Below are positions 36,404-50,494 of a stretch of DNA of 58,416 bases, piece by piece (position 1 is the first letter of the stretch; every line of letters starts with the position of its first letter). A model generated the notes under the pieces. That model was not told the origin of the DNA. It saw only the letters and a program-made list of their open reading frames with translations, and searched no databases. The stretch is from Chromera velia. Lineage: Eukaryota. Where the stretch lies: the NCBI GenBank assembly GCA_018398765.1, contig JAHBMJ010000081.1, forward strand, positions 1 through 58,416. The letters are read 5' to 3'. Position numbers and translations under genes: made by a program.

Positions 36404-37004
36404 TGAAGGCAACAGGAAATGAAGAAGAATGCTGTGGGTTCCATCGAGGTTCGGGCGTGCTTGATCAGAAAGGCCTCACACAAGCACCTGCAAGACTCAG
36501 TAACCGGTTTGGGAGCGCGAAGCGGACACGCTTTGTTCATCTTACCAGGGAGTCTTGCAGCGACTTCATGGTCGAGCTGCCGGCTGCTCTGACAATCGCT
36601 CACGCGCGGCCGATGCGCGCGCAATGCGCGCGACGGCCGCTCTTTGCATGCCTGCATGCACACCGATACGTACATGCATCACATTGCAGAGAATGCACGG
36701 TTGCTTTGATCAGAGAGAGAACATTGTCCTAAATCATTACCAGGATCATATTGATGTGCCATCCAATCGCTCAAGTTGCTGCTGAGAATCTAACGCTTTA
36801 CGTATAGCTTCCTGTGAGCTCTGAAACTTCAATGCCAACAGGTCCGATCTTCACTAGTTCTCGTCAACAGCTAGCTGCAAACAGAAGTCGACGACCTCAA
36901 TTCCTATCCGTAGTTGTGTCAGTCACTCTCGGTGCCATTGCTTCACCTTCGTAGTCAGAGTCCCTCCCCTGCCCGACTGACAACATCGGAAACCGGAGAG
37001 AAGA

Positions 37005-39534
37005 ATGAGCCAAGTCCAAGACGAAGCGGAAAAGGAAAAAGAGCCCCTCAAGGAAGGGTTCCTTCGCACACACGACGGCAAAAAAGGAAAAGCCAAACCT
37101 CCTGCCCTCACAAGATGGCTGGTATGTCGGTCTAAATTCAATGTTCTTGTGCAGAGGGTGAGTGCATCTCCGCATGCGAGCATCAGAAAAGGTCTTCATC
37201 TATGGAATGTCGACGGTCTTTTACTTCACTGTATGTGTGTGCAGGTGATCGTGCTCTCCCTGACCCTCTTCGTTCTCGGTGGGTGCATTCTCTGGAGGAG
37301 GTCCGTCAGTCTGCATGCATGTATATATCTGTTGACAGGTCTGCTCATGAATGTGACCCCCATGACGCCTATGCGGGTGCAAAACGACGATGGACTTATG
37401 CATAAGCAAGCGTGCTCCTTTTCATCTGGCCTGCTACAGGAAAAAAGAAGACACTCAGAAAACCTGGTTGCCACCAGACCTCCGTATCAATGTGACACCT
37501 GCTGAAATGCAATCCAAGAAGACTGTGACTGAAGACTGTGTCTGATAAATCGGTCTGGACCGTTTTTGTACAAATCAAAGTGAGTGCATTTCCGAGGTTT
37601 TGCTTGATGTGTTTCAACCGGATGCATGCGTTTGTAAACTGTTCAACTCGAATCCAGATCGGTTTTCACTCACAGAGCATCTTTGTTCAATAGAACTTGA
37701 GTGCCCCTGTCTTCTCATGTGTCTTTTCTGGTCTTCTCACGCCCTGCAGGTATGTCTCATGGAGGGAGCAGGTGGACGGGGAGGCTTCGGAGGACGTGGA
37801 GGAAGAGGGGGGCGTCCAGACAACAGAGGGAATCATGGACCAGAAAACGCAGGCATTCCTTTGGGTCTTCCTGGCGCCTGTGGCGACTCTGATAGTGGGC
37901 CTCTTCGTGTCTCTCTGCATGTGGAGAAGAAAAACGGACCCACTCGGGATGACAAACTACGTACAGGTACGTGGATAGGTCGGGGGATCTGGGACTGAAA
38001 TCAAGAGGAGACGGGGAGATTAAATTGATAGACAGCTAGAGGAGGACCGTTTTTGAATCGGGCAGAGTTTGTCTCGATCTCTCCTCCCTCCGATCTGCCC
38101 CCTCCCTCTTTTTGTGTCCTTTCTTCTGTGCCTCTCCAGATTTGTGTCCTCATACCCCTCCTTACACGCTATCCCTCTGCCTGCCTGCCTGCCTGCCTGC
38201 CTGCGTGCGTGCGTGCAGTTTTATGTCGTCGCTGCAATAGTTGCCGTCCTTGGTCTTGCGCTGGCGGGTTTCTTCGACAGCCGTTGTCCCTTCGGGAAGT
38301 TCCTGGGGGCCTATCATTGGAGGAGCGCCAGTCGGAGCGACTGGCCTCTGTGGATTGATGCAAGGACAACCAACACTGTGGAGATCTAGACTCATGCTGA
38401 GGAGAACAACAACAATGCTGGTCGGTCCAGACCACAACATGTAGTAAGATGAGTGTGGCCTGACAAGCAGACAGGATGACTGACTGCCTAAATAGAAGAA
38501 TGAATCTACTGAGTTCATGCATACATGAACGAATGAGAGGGTGAATTCCGGAATCAAATGGCTGAACGACACAAAGAAACGCATTCATTTTCTGAATTCC
38601 GCTGTTGTTTTGTTTGCATGCATGCAGATATCATGAGAAACCAAGGAGGGGGGTGTAAGTGGGCTTGGGGGTATTTTCCTGCCGAAAGGGATGAGTCTGC
38701 CGGCGATGGTCCTGTAGTGCATGGGTTTGACCTTCTTGCCGAGGACACCTTTGTCCATCCTCCCAGCACCGACTGCGGGTGGCACTTTGGGCCCCTCAAG
38801 GAGACGCTGCCTGTCGAGCCCTGCGGAGCTGGTGGGTCCTTTTCATGGATGTACTGATTCATATTGGTTGAGAAATTGTCTGTGGCGGGGGGTTTTGAAA
38901 GTTGGCGACCTGCCAAGCTCTGCTCATGTTTCCGCCATGAAATGGGTTTGTGTATTCCAATATTCAGTGGGAGCAATTTTGAGCCAACTTTGTGTCATTC
39001 CCCTCCGAACAAAAGGTTTCACATGAAGAGAAGTGACACATGTAAGATTTCATACATTCTTTCGCAGAGGTGACATGCGGAAGGATAGATGAGTTCGGGA
39101 ACCAGTACAACTGGCCGTATCTTCGCCGTATGATTTCGGAATCGAGCTCTCGGATAGTCTATCCTGACTGTGAGGAAGTGTTCAAAAAGTACAGTGAGGT
39201 GCCGTGTTTCGGAGAGGATATGCAGAGCCTCGAGGGGTACCAGGAAAAGGACTTCTTCTGTCATTATGCGAGTGAGTAATCAGCCATGTGAATGGACGGT
39301 TGGAGGTTTGACACATTGTGTAGATTCCCTGTTTGTCTCTAACGAATGTGGTTGGAGATGAAACGTTAATCCGTTGCTGTGACTATGATTTCATTATGTC
39401 TCTTGTCAGTTTGGTGTGCTCCAAACTGAACGTCATTCGCCCACGTACAGCTGCCTACTGTCTCACAGCGTCTCAGTATGATAGAAGAACTGACTCGACC
39501 GAAGCACTAGCTCTGCTGTACATTAGATGCTTTT

Positions 39535-39570
<36 letters not shown>

Positions 39571-40706
39571 TGTTTGTTTGTCTGTGGATAAAGGAGACGG
39601 GGGGGAACGTCCTGCCTTTGTTGTGTAGGAAAAAGTGAACGTCCGGATGACCAGGAAAGCAACTGCAAAGCAACCCGCAGTAATCTGGATTTCCTCGCTC
39701 GAAACTTCATATCTCCCTTTTATCCCTGACTGCCCCCCTTTTATCGCCGCTCCATGCGTGCAGAGAACTTCTGGGAGCCTAACTCGACGGCTGAGTCCCT
39801 GGCAGAGCAGGACGTTGTAGAGGTGGACGTGATCGCAACAGAGTCGACCAAACTCTTCCAACCTTCCTTTCTGGAGTTCTCCCTGGTCGGTCAGCTGGAG
39901 CTCAGTCTGTATTCTGACGCTTCCTCATACGACATTTTCTACTCAGAAACCATGAGTCGCAGTGCCCAAAAATGCCCCAGAAAAGCTAAGCGGAAAGAGA
40001 ACGCAGATGTCTTCCATCTTTGCCGCTGTCCGAAGGTCAGAGAAGACAGACGTCACATCACTATAGTACGCCCGTGTTCATCTGCTTTCCTTCTTTGACA
40101 TTTCTTATCGTTTCAACTTGCCCTGAGGCTCTTTCTAAATCTGCCTGGAAGTGGAGGGCGATGGTTGAGTTATTTTTTCCGGTATTAGTGTCTTCGCAGA
40201 CGCCATTTTTTAACCTTTTCCGCGACTTCCTTGCATGGTCCATCGGGACTCTCTGTCTGTCTCTGTCTTCAGAGGAGGGGTGCATGTTTCGATCAGCATC
40301 GTGAGTGCGGATGTGAAGAAGGCCAGATGGAGGGATCATACAAGAACGTCAAATGAATCCATTGTGACAAGCGGAATATTCCGCACCGACTGCACTTTTC
40401 TGCTTTCAGGTGATCGCTCTTCTTTCATAAGACTGTCTCAATCAATCCTTTGTTTCGTCTGCATTCTGTTTGAGTTCCGTCTGCAGCTGCTGGATGATTT
40501 CGTGAGCAAGCATGTCCCCGCGGAATTCCAGTACACAGGTCTTGCCAGCGATCTGTGGGAGGGCAACCTGGACGCTGACAGGTCTGTCTGCCTTTCTTTG
40601 TTCATCCTTGCCTCTTTCACTCTGTCTGTGTGTCTGTCTGTCTGTCTGTCTGTCTCTTTGTCTGTCTTTGTCTGTCGTGCTCTGTCTCTGTCTTGGTCTT
40701 TGTCTT

Positions 40707-40770
<64 letters not shown>

Positions 40771-43700
40771 TGTGTGTTTGCCTTTATCTTGCCGGGCCCA
40801 TGTACATCCCATATGATCGGTTCACGCATCTGAATATGGACCGGGCGTTGAGATGGCACGTGTGAGTGGTCTTTACATCTATCCAACTTACCGTAAGTCG
40901 TATTGGATATCTGACATTCTACGAGCAGTCGTGCAAAGACGGTATTCGACGCTCTCACAAAAGAGGACGGAGGGGAACGCGTGGTGGGGAACCTCGAGAG
41001 GAACTTCAAGGATGGGTTTTATCGCAGGTTCGTCGGTCAGACATGGAAGGGGACAGATCTCTCGATCTCTGTTCGTTGCCTTCTCCCTCTCGACTTAATT
41101 GCAGGAGAGATACTGGATGGATGGATGGATCCACCCGATACTGGTCCAGTCTGTCTGTACGTTGCTGGTAAAGGAGGAAGTCATTCAATAGCTGACGCAC
41201 GCACAAACACTCATTGCCTAGCTCTTTCATGAAGAACAGAACAGACATTGGGACATTGTGCAAAAACGAACAGAAAAGGGACTGGAGGACATTGTGCAAA
41301 AACGAACAGAAAAGGGACTGGAGGACATTGTGCAAAAAGAAAGAGAAAAGGGACTGGGGGACACTGTGCAAAACAAAAGGAAAAAAGACAGCTGGACATT
41401 GTGTAAGGCCATCTACTGCGTGCGTGCGAAGGTGTGTGGGACTTTCATTTCCTCTTTTACTTTCGCTCTTGGCATGCGTAGACCATCGGCAGATTTGGCG
41501 GAGAAGTGGGGAATACGATTTACTTTAACCTCCCCCTGATTCCGTGCCATAATGGCTGCGTAAGTGTTAGCGGAGCTTCTTTGGGCAGACAGAGGTGGCA
41601 TCCTTGCTTTTGCTTGTATCGACCGAGCTCTATTCACAAGTGTGCGTATGTTTTATGAGGAATGCTAGGTGCATATCCGTGAATCAGCTTGCACTGTGCA
41701 CGAATTATTGTGTGGGGGCACCTGCATGGATGCAGAGTATGGGATGTCGTTCACTTGAACCGCACCAACACCCGAGGCAAAGTTGCGGACATCCAGAACT
41801 ACTGCAACGTCATCTACAACAACACGTTCTCTTGCTCCAACAAGTATGTGCATCATGCATTCCCTAAGCTCTTCCACGTATATGCATGGCCGGATAAACC
41901 CTCCTGAATTCTTACGCAAGTGTTCAGAACTGTATCTACCTGCAAAGAAAAAGGGCAATCAATTGCTCTCTTTCAACGGACACAGACGGGCATCTCCTTA
42001 ACTGATATGTCACTTTTCTGTGTCGTACTGTGTCTTTGAATCCAACCTCCTAATTCCTGCCGCAGCAACAGCCTTTGGGCAGACAACTAGGGCACAAATG
42101 AGCATCAGGGAGCTGTTGCGTCCTCCCTACATGTGTTGTCCGTCCTTTGCTTGCATGCAGTCTTCTTCAATCGAGTACGACAGGGAGAAACTGGCTGTAC
42201 GCCAACATGAAGAAACACTTCCCACGGCTGGACACACGGAGTGTCTTCTGCTGCAATGGAGAACCCGAAAATGCCGCCTAGTCAGTCAGTCAGTCAGTCG
42301 GTCGGTCAGTCCGTCAGTCGGTCAGTCGGTCAGTCAGTCAGTCAGTCGGTCAGTCCGTCTGTCGGTCAGTCGGTCAGTCGGTGAGTCAGTGAGTGAGTGA
42401 GTGAGTGAGTGAGTCAGTCAGTCAGTCAGTCAGTCAGTCGGTCCGTCAGTCAGTCAGTCAGTCAGTCAGTCAGTCAGTCAGTCAGTCAATCAGGGAGAGA
42501 AACGGGCGAGCAGGCAGGCACTCAGCAAGAAAGTCAGTCACTCAGGCAGTTCAACAATTATTGAGCAGGTCAGGAAGCACATCAACGATAACATTGGTCG
42601 TTACTGCAGCAAATTGCACAAAACCATTGCCAATTTTCTTCCTTATCCCGTCACTTCCTGCCTCTCTGACTCTCTGTGTGTGTGTAGTTTCAGACTAGAC
42701 ATCCAAGGAGACTCTCACTACAACATTGCACAGGTGTGGAGGTGGCTTGCCTGGATTGGCGCGGGTGCCGCGCTCTTCCTCGGCATTGCCCTCTTCCTGG
42801 CAGGTTCGTCGGTCGGGCAACCATCCATCCGACTTGTAAGGATGTGTTGAGTGCGGTAGAGGAGAAGGGAGTTTATTCTGCGCCGGCTGGAGGTTCACAC
42901 AATCAGATCGGAATTCACTGACTCGTGTTTGTTCCATCTTTCTCGTCTTCCTTTCCTAATTTGCACACGTTTCTCACGCGTCCCATTCGTGGCATCGGCC
43001 CTGCCTTTTTTTTCGCCCCCATCGCTTTTTCTTTCCCTCACTTCGCTTTCCCTTCGTGCATTCGTTTCCCTCTCCCTGCTGAATCAATCCCCTCCCATCT
43101 GCAGCCATCGCAGACCCGGAGATGGAGACTCGAGACATCTGGCAACTCTCCCGGGAGCAGGTCGAGGAGAGAAGACAACGCGCAAGGGAGTCGGAGGGAG
43201 ACAAACCGTGGAGCCTGGATCAACCAAAAGAGTCTCCCTGCCGTTCGCTGTTTGTGGTGGCAACCTGGAGAACCCTGCAGGTGCGTGCGTCGGCTCATGT
43301 GATTGTAAATGTGGTGAGAGAGCTCAACAGCAGCCTTGCGAGGATTGTGTTTTGTGCTTAATTCTGGAAGTCGTACCTAGACCTGCAGGGCAGAAGCAAA
43401 TAGTGAATGCACGGGTGGGTGTGGAAAAGTCTCTTCAATCAATGTCGGTTCTAGACACGATGGATGAGGTACGTGTCTTTCTGCTTCTGTGATCTTTTCC
43501 TGTTGTTTGATACTTCTTTTTGCCTTAACATGAACACGACATTCTCCACTTCTAAACCCATTATATCTTTTACGACACTGGATCTCTCCATGCAGATCGC
43601 CTTGATCCTGTTTGCCTGTGCCACGTGCGCCCACGTGTTCGGGATCCTTCTTGGAGTTGGTCTGGTCTTAGGTCTTCTCTTCTTCATCTTCTTTGCTCTC

Positions 43701-46104
43701 TGGCTCTGGCAAACAATCTTCGAAAGCATCTTCCATAAGATGGAGGCCATGGAGAAGTCCATTCGACGACTGGCTACAAGAACAGAAGAGGCAACCACGG
43801 AAGTCAGAACTCAGGCAACGAAAGGAATGACGATCGGTGCCACAATCTTCGCGGTGGTGACCTTCATCTTCCAACTCTTCGGCCTTCTGGGTGCCAATTT
43901 CCTCCGTGTTGGAGTGGACATCACGATCGTGAGAACGGGGTTCGCCGCTCTCTTTCCGGTTACTCTGGATACACTCTTCGGGCCCCTCGCCGATGTGAGT
44001 CAAATATTGTGGTTAATTGAGCATTTCGATCTGAAAAGAGTCGATTGAATTATTTTCCCAACAAGAAGTTTGTGAAGAAAATTAAAGCCCAAATGACACA
44101 AGCAAGCAGTGAAACGACCAGCATGCCAAAGCTTACACAGGTGCGACCTGTTTTCTTTTTATAGACCTTACCTGAAGCCTTTCTTGACAGCATGGCTGAA
44201 CGGATGAATAAAAGCACTCACTTTTTTCTGCAGCCACTGACAGACGTCCCTCAATTTTCGTTTTTTCTTTCATGTCCCCCTCTGTTGGGGCTGTCAGATA
44301 GTTTTCTCTTCTCTGTTTTATCCTTCTCCTAGTTGTCTTCTCTCTCTTCCTTCTGTGAGACTCTTGAGTTCATCGCGCTGTCGTACAGTTCATCTCGCTC
44401 TCCTTCTCTCTTACAGGCTCTCGAGGCTGTCCGTCTCGAGTTTATCGCGCTGTCGTTCCTGGAGTTCTCAGGCGGGCTCTCAACCTCAGTCTCCATGACC
44501 TCTGCACAGTGCACTTCAGATGTCTCTCCTCAGGATTGTGGAGGGGCATCTGAGACCGACTCCTTCGGCACAACGTTCCTCCTTGTGAGGGGTCAGCCAG
44601 AGGGAGGGAGGGAGGATTCAGGGAGGGCTAGGACATCGGGATTAAACAAGAAACCGCAACATGAGATGATCTTCCAAAGAAGGGCAGTCAAATCGTCTCG
44701 GAGCAAACGAGGACCCCACAGACGGGGGCTTCTTTCCAATCGGGTCGCCCGTCTAATGGATAGGAGAGGGGACAGCCATTGGCCTACCGTATCTTCTTTC
44801 TTTTTGGTACTTGGGGAAGGGGAAGAAGGTGTCAATGCATGGAGAGGATTACATGCAGTCGCTGTTTTACAATGGACAGACTGATCATTTTCGTGTGACT
44901 GCAGGTGTGGCGGCTGCGGCGTCTCTGTTGCTGGTCCAGAGCGGGATGCTGACGGTGCTGCCTCTCTTCGCAGTCGCTCTAGAGCAACGGAGACGCGCCA
45001 TTCCGGGAGACAAAACCATGCAGCATTTCTTCGTCATGTGCCTGCAGGTGAGTGAGGGAACTAAGAGGCATCGATCAAATTGGAATAAGCAAGCGTGACA
45101 TGCAGTCAGAAAATTCAGATCTTTGAGATGCTGCAGACTTCTATCTCATGGGGTGATGTGTCTCTGCATGTGCCCCTCTGACGAGTGTGATGACACATGG
45201 GGCGCAGGCAGGCTTCGTTGCATGTGGACGATGTATGTATTTTTCTGCGTCTCAAACAGATTCAAGTGCATGTATGTCTGTTCATGCAGCTCCTGTGCAC
45301 CGGCTCTATCTACCTGATCGTTCTCACAACGCAAGTCAGTGAGTGAGTGAGTGAGCGAACAGAATCACAGTCAGCTTCCTGAACGCAGTCAATGTGGGCA
45401 TGCAGGAAGCGGATTGACTTTGACTCCTTTCTGTGCTGTCTGAATCCGCAATGTACGTATTGAGGGGGAATACCTGAGAAAGGAAGTTCGGGTCTCCGGC
45501 GATTCTCTTTCCTCTTTCCTCGGAAGGCCGAGCCAAGAAAACTGCGTAAGCAACTTCTTTTCTTGAATTCTCACGCACTCCCTACACGAGGATACAGCGT
45601 GTGTGCACGACTGTATGACTTATTTTCTCCCTGCTTTCCTTCCTTTCTTCCTTGCAGTCGGCCATCGCCATCATCACTCTTCGCGTCCTTCTCCTGTTCC
45701 GCCGCTCCACCTCTGCGTGGGATATCGGCGGCTACATCTACTCTGTGCTGGGCAACTCCATCATCTTCCTCGCGGCTGCAGTGTTTGCGGCAGGCACCCT
45801 CCTGGGAGACGTTTTCTTCGGGTGAGTGAGCGAGTGAGTGAGTGAGTGTGCATGTGCGTGTGAGTAATTGAGCGAGTGAGCGTGTGAGTGAGTTGTGAGT
45901 GACAGTGGAATGATGAGACGCCGATCCGGTTTGAATTCTGTTGTATGCTGGGTGTCTAGACGAGCACGAAAAAGCGCCCCTCAGCAAGCTTTCAACCGAA
46001 CCCCGCTTGCGAGGATCATGTTTCTTTAGAACCTCTCTCCCGATCTTGCCAATGCTCTTGGAAATCCACACACACACACACGCACACACACACACACGCA
46101 CGCA

Positions 46105-46135
<31 letters not shown>

Positions 46136-46153
46136 GCGCGCGCACACACACAC

Positions 46154-46194
<41 letters not shown>

Positions 46195-48331
46195 GACTTA
46201 CACGTACACACACACACACACACGTTCACTGTCTATACACGCACACACACTTACTTGGGACTGCACAGACAAACAGGAAGGGGGGAATTGGTTTGCAAGA
46301 GCTCGGCGTTCATCGATAGAGCAGTCCTCTCCACGTTTGGCTTCACCTCAGAGTTCCTCCGAAGCCTACCTTCTTGCCGGTTGTCCGTGTATCTGACCTT
46401 TCTTCCATGTCCTCTCTGTCAAGAATTTGTATGTAGACTGTACCTCTGTGCGTGCTCATCAGGCTTCATCTACTCTTCTGTCTGTCCACTTGTGCGCATG
46501 CAGCGCGTTGGCAGGTGAGACGGTCCTGCAGCTGGCCGCATTCCGAAAGAAGACGGACAAGACAAAGGCACTCGACGAACGGCTTGAACGGAAGGCTCTG
46601 GAAGGCGACAGATTGGCGAAGATGAAGATGAGCCCGAGGAGTCAGATCGCACTCTTGCAAGAGCACGAAGGGATTTCGCAAAAAGAGAAAAAAAACCACG
46701 GCGAAGAAGAGAATGTTGCTGTACGAAGAATCTTTGCAGTCTGGTTGCTCATCATTCAAAGGGCCGACGCCGTCAACGCACAGGTTGGCAGACAGACCTA
46801 ATTGTTGTAGTTGTCGTTTTCTTGTAGAAGTCTGGAAGCAGCGTGAAGGGGAACGGAGAGATGTTCTCGTCATTTTCAGGCCATGATCAGCTGAGAGAAG
46901 GAAGAGTATGGGCCAGCTTGCGCAAATTGGATTCTTGTTTCGAGCCACTATGTTGATCAACGGTCGCAAGTCACTCCCCGTTAACTGTGTCCTGTCCTCT
47001 CCTGTCCTGTCCTTGAGTTTCCTTCCGTCTGCATGACCGCGCGATTCTTGTGGTGTGTTCTTTCTTGCACGCTGTATTGCGCTGCAAGAACGACTTGAAC
47101 GGAAAGTCTCTGGACAAAATGTATGTGTACGTCTGTGCTGGATGAATGCAGACCGAATACCGACTGCGGAAGGACGGCAGCGCGCAGCAAGACGGGAAAG
47201 CCTTCACAGACACGTGTGAGGGAGACGGTCCGTCGGAGTGCAAGGGCCCCGGACAGTGCCCCTCCAGAGACAACCTTTACAGGTGAAAGGTCGGGACGGG
47301 GGAGGAAAGGATTCTTGGGTGGTTGTGGAAAGAGAGAGACTCCGAGTCTTCGCTGGCCTTGGCAGGAGGGTCTAGTGGCGTCTCTGCTTTCCCTTCTGGG
47401 TATCAGGAATGCATGGGGGAATCGGACCGTCAGAAAGAAAGGATTTGGTACCTTTGACAAGGCTTTCTGTTTTCTCTCTCCACACCTTGCTTGCTTCTCT
47501 CCTTGGTCCAGTCTCTTGTTTTTTCATTATTCGTTAATGCGTTGTTTTCCAGCTTTTGTGACTCGTAATTCGCCCCCAGACTGACCTCTGTATTTTCCCT
47601 TTGGACCTCTGCAAGCAGACAAATGGACCTGACGAGACAGGAGCTCGTGGACGTGCTCACAGTGCTGGCGACCGTGTTCTCTTTTTGGACTCCCACAGCA
47701 CTCCGGGTCCAGGTCTGTCCGTCCTCTCTTGTCTTGCTGTCTGCCCTGTTTTTTTTTATCTTACACTGCCTTCCCTTGCATTGGACTCTCTGTTGGATGG
47801 AGGATTGGTGGACACAAAGGCATTTTCTTCTCCAGTCCGTGTACCTGCCCGCTCTTCAGAAATCCTCTCATACAACATGAGATCATATGGGCATAATTGT
47901 TCTATCTACCCATTCACCATGAGTGCATGTGCAGAACGTGGAGAAAATCTCGGAGCTTTTGCTGAACATGGGGAGGTCCAAAGACTTTCCGGTGCCGGGT
48001 CTCGACTATGACGAGACGCTTTTGGAGGAGAAGGAGGAAAAGAAGAAGAAGAAATGCGGGAAGGTGGAGAACATTATGGCGGCAGCAATCATTAAAGTCC
48101 TCACACGGGCATTCTCGGTCGTCTACCTTCTAGTGCCCGGGTTTGGGACTTTTGCAGGTCGGGGCCTTCTCACTGAGTGGTCATGACTCCATCACTGCTT
48201 CTTTATGGGTTGTTTTCTCCTATTCGCCGTGTTGTGATATTTGTCGAGTAAATTCGCAGGCAAACCCACTGTTTTTTCTGCCGGAGGTTTTGGCTGCATG
48301 CCAAACAGATTCCCGCCCCGACACACAGACA

Positions 48332-48373
<42 letters not shown>

Positions 48374-49102
48374 TAAGAGCTACACACCGAGAGTGTGACT
48401 CGAAGGAACCTCAGTCGGTCTCAACACTTCCATGCCCTGCAGGGGTTGAATGCTGTTGTGCATCCTCACATTGTTTCTCCCTCCTTCCTTCCTGCAGGAA
48501 AGTTTCTGGAGCGTCTCGGAGACGGCCCTGTGGTTCTTGACTTCTTCATGCTCAGACAACTTCGGAAACAATTGATGGAGAAAGTACAGGGAAGCAAGGA
48601 CCAGATGAAGCAAGCAAAGCAGGAAGCAAAGACAAAGGCCAAGGAGAAATTCAAAGAGTTCACAAACGACGCAGGACAAAAATGGCCTCAGTATCTCCGA
48701 ACGGTTTTGGCGTGGAACAACATTCTCTCCATCGCCCTCACAGCATCCTTCCCCCGTGCTGTGACCGTCTACATTGCTGTAGGGCTGACATCCATCAACG
48801 AAATCATCAACCACATTCTGTCCTCTGAGTTTCTCAACTACGATCGGGCAGTATCCATTGGGATTGACAAATTCTCCAGAGCGAAAAAGGAAATTGGGAC
48901 TACCCTGACAGAAGACCTGGAGGGGGTTACAGAAGCTGTGGGAGTTCCGAACACGCAAGTGATTCAAGTAAGGAGCAGAGCAGAAGACGAGAACCCCTTG
49001 GCAGGCGCTTTGAATGCAGATTCAGGAGGCGCTGTGCCATCAGCTGCAGGGCTGGCAGAGGAGAACCTGGCAGAAAACCTTCCGGGAGTGCCAAGCGAGT
49101 AA
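37005..49102 (+). CDS. Large multi-exon, multi-pass membrane protein of unknown family (may be more than one gene)
   Basis: About 20 GT-AG exons, most phase-consistent, run from [12 protein letters not shown] to ...LPGVPSE*(TAA). Three N-terminal TM segments precede a Cys- and sequon-rich region (38628-42282) and then many hydrophobic segments (42690-48800). Exon choice is unresolved near 38330-38420, 41480 and 46800-47450. Confidence 0.6.
41251..41402. repeat. Intronic 36-nt minisatellite, ~4 copies
   Basis: Unit ggacattgtgcaaaaacgaacagaaaagggactgga, decaying toward the 3' end. Confidence 0.9.
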
Positions 49103-50494
49103 TGGAGGAAGGAAGCAGTCCCACTGTATAGTTCGTACCGAGTCGCCGTGCAAGACTTTATTCAGAAGGCAGAGACGCAAGAAACACAAAAATCTGCCAT
49201 GCAGAAGAGACATTCATGCAGGTCTGATCCAAAGTGAAGAGGGCTAGAATGTTTGCTGGAAGCAATAACCAGACCTTCCCCGACTGAGCACGCAACTTCA
49301 ATTTCTTAGGTACGATCTTCACGTACGTTGTATACAGGAGTTGAATGCATGATGGGCCGTGACGGTTGAAACGGATCGCCCTTGTCAGAAGACAGCAAAA
49401 CTTGACACATGCTATAAGTGACAGACTGGGAAAAAAGGATGAATAAGAAAGCTCTGACTTAAAGATGACAGCTCCAGCGTATCTTCAACATACTTCAGCA
49501 ACTAAAATATTCAAGTGCAATAACAATTACTTTAAAATTAAATATGTTGACCTAGATTCAATTGGATCTATATCTCTAGATCTATCTGTAATATTTTGTG
49601 TTATGATATGTAATATCCCTTTGGATCTTTTTTAGCGCTGCTCAGTGCTGCTACTAATAAATAAAAGAAAATCTCTCTAGTTTTTTCCTTTTAGTGAGTC
49701 CACTTTACTTACTTTTAATCTATCCTCGTCTATTCTGGTCTTTTAGTTTGATTTTATTGATTTTTTTTTAACTGAATTTTTATTTATAATCACTCTTGTG
49801 CATGACACTGCTAGACTCTGCTTAGATATCATAGGAATTATCGTAGGTCTGTAGCTAGACCTAAGTCTTAATAAGTTTTTATAAGTGTACCAAAATATAC
49901 ATAAGTGCCATTGACACTCGTACTTTCTTAAAATTATTCACTGTCTGTGGCAGTCTATGGCTTTTCGGTGTGAATTTTTGTGGCTGGTAGTAGCCGGTAC
50001 TGGCCGGGGTCGTGGGGCAAGACGTTAGTTGGGGTTAGTTGGGGTCGATGTGACGCAATGCCAAATTAATTGCCAATTTTGTAGGATTTTGTGTCAGCTT
50101 GAATTTTCGGGTGCGCACGACGCGCCCATGCATGCAGGATTGAGTTTTGTGCTTCCGTCCTGCGTGAATTTCTTATCGCCTCTCCGGGCGTGTATTGGTC
50201 CGGTATGCATAGGTTTGGTTCTGCGTGAAGGGGGGCATCCTAGCTGCATGCCTCGTACTCATCGTGGAATCTGGTGGACTCCCTGGACGTACGTGAATGG
50301 GAATCTTCAGCTGAGCGGCTGATCAGAAACATTAAGAACGCAGTCCGGATATTTTCCTTCTGCCCTGAGGCTCTCTGACTTGTTCTGTCGTCTGAAGGCG
50401 GCTCTGAAAGTTTTTTCGAATTACTTCTCGGAGCCTCACGCAAGCTTGCTTCCACAACCACAAAAAGTACTCATTAATATTCCACGCCTTGAAA

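Noticed and set aside
33861..41402. 36-nt and 48-nt repeats as possible CRISPR arrays
   Set aside because: They are head-to-tail units with no unique spacers, lie in introns, and have no cas genes nearby.
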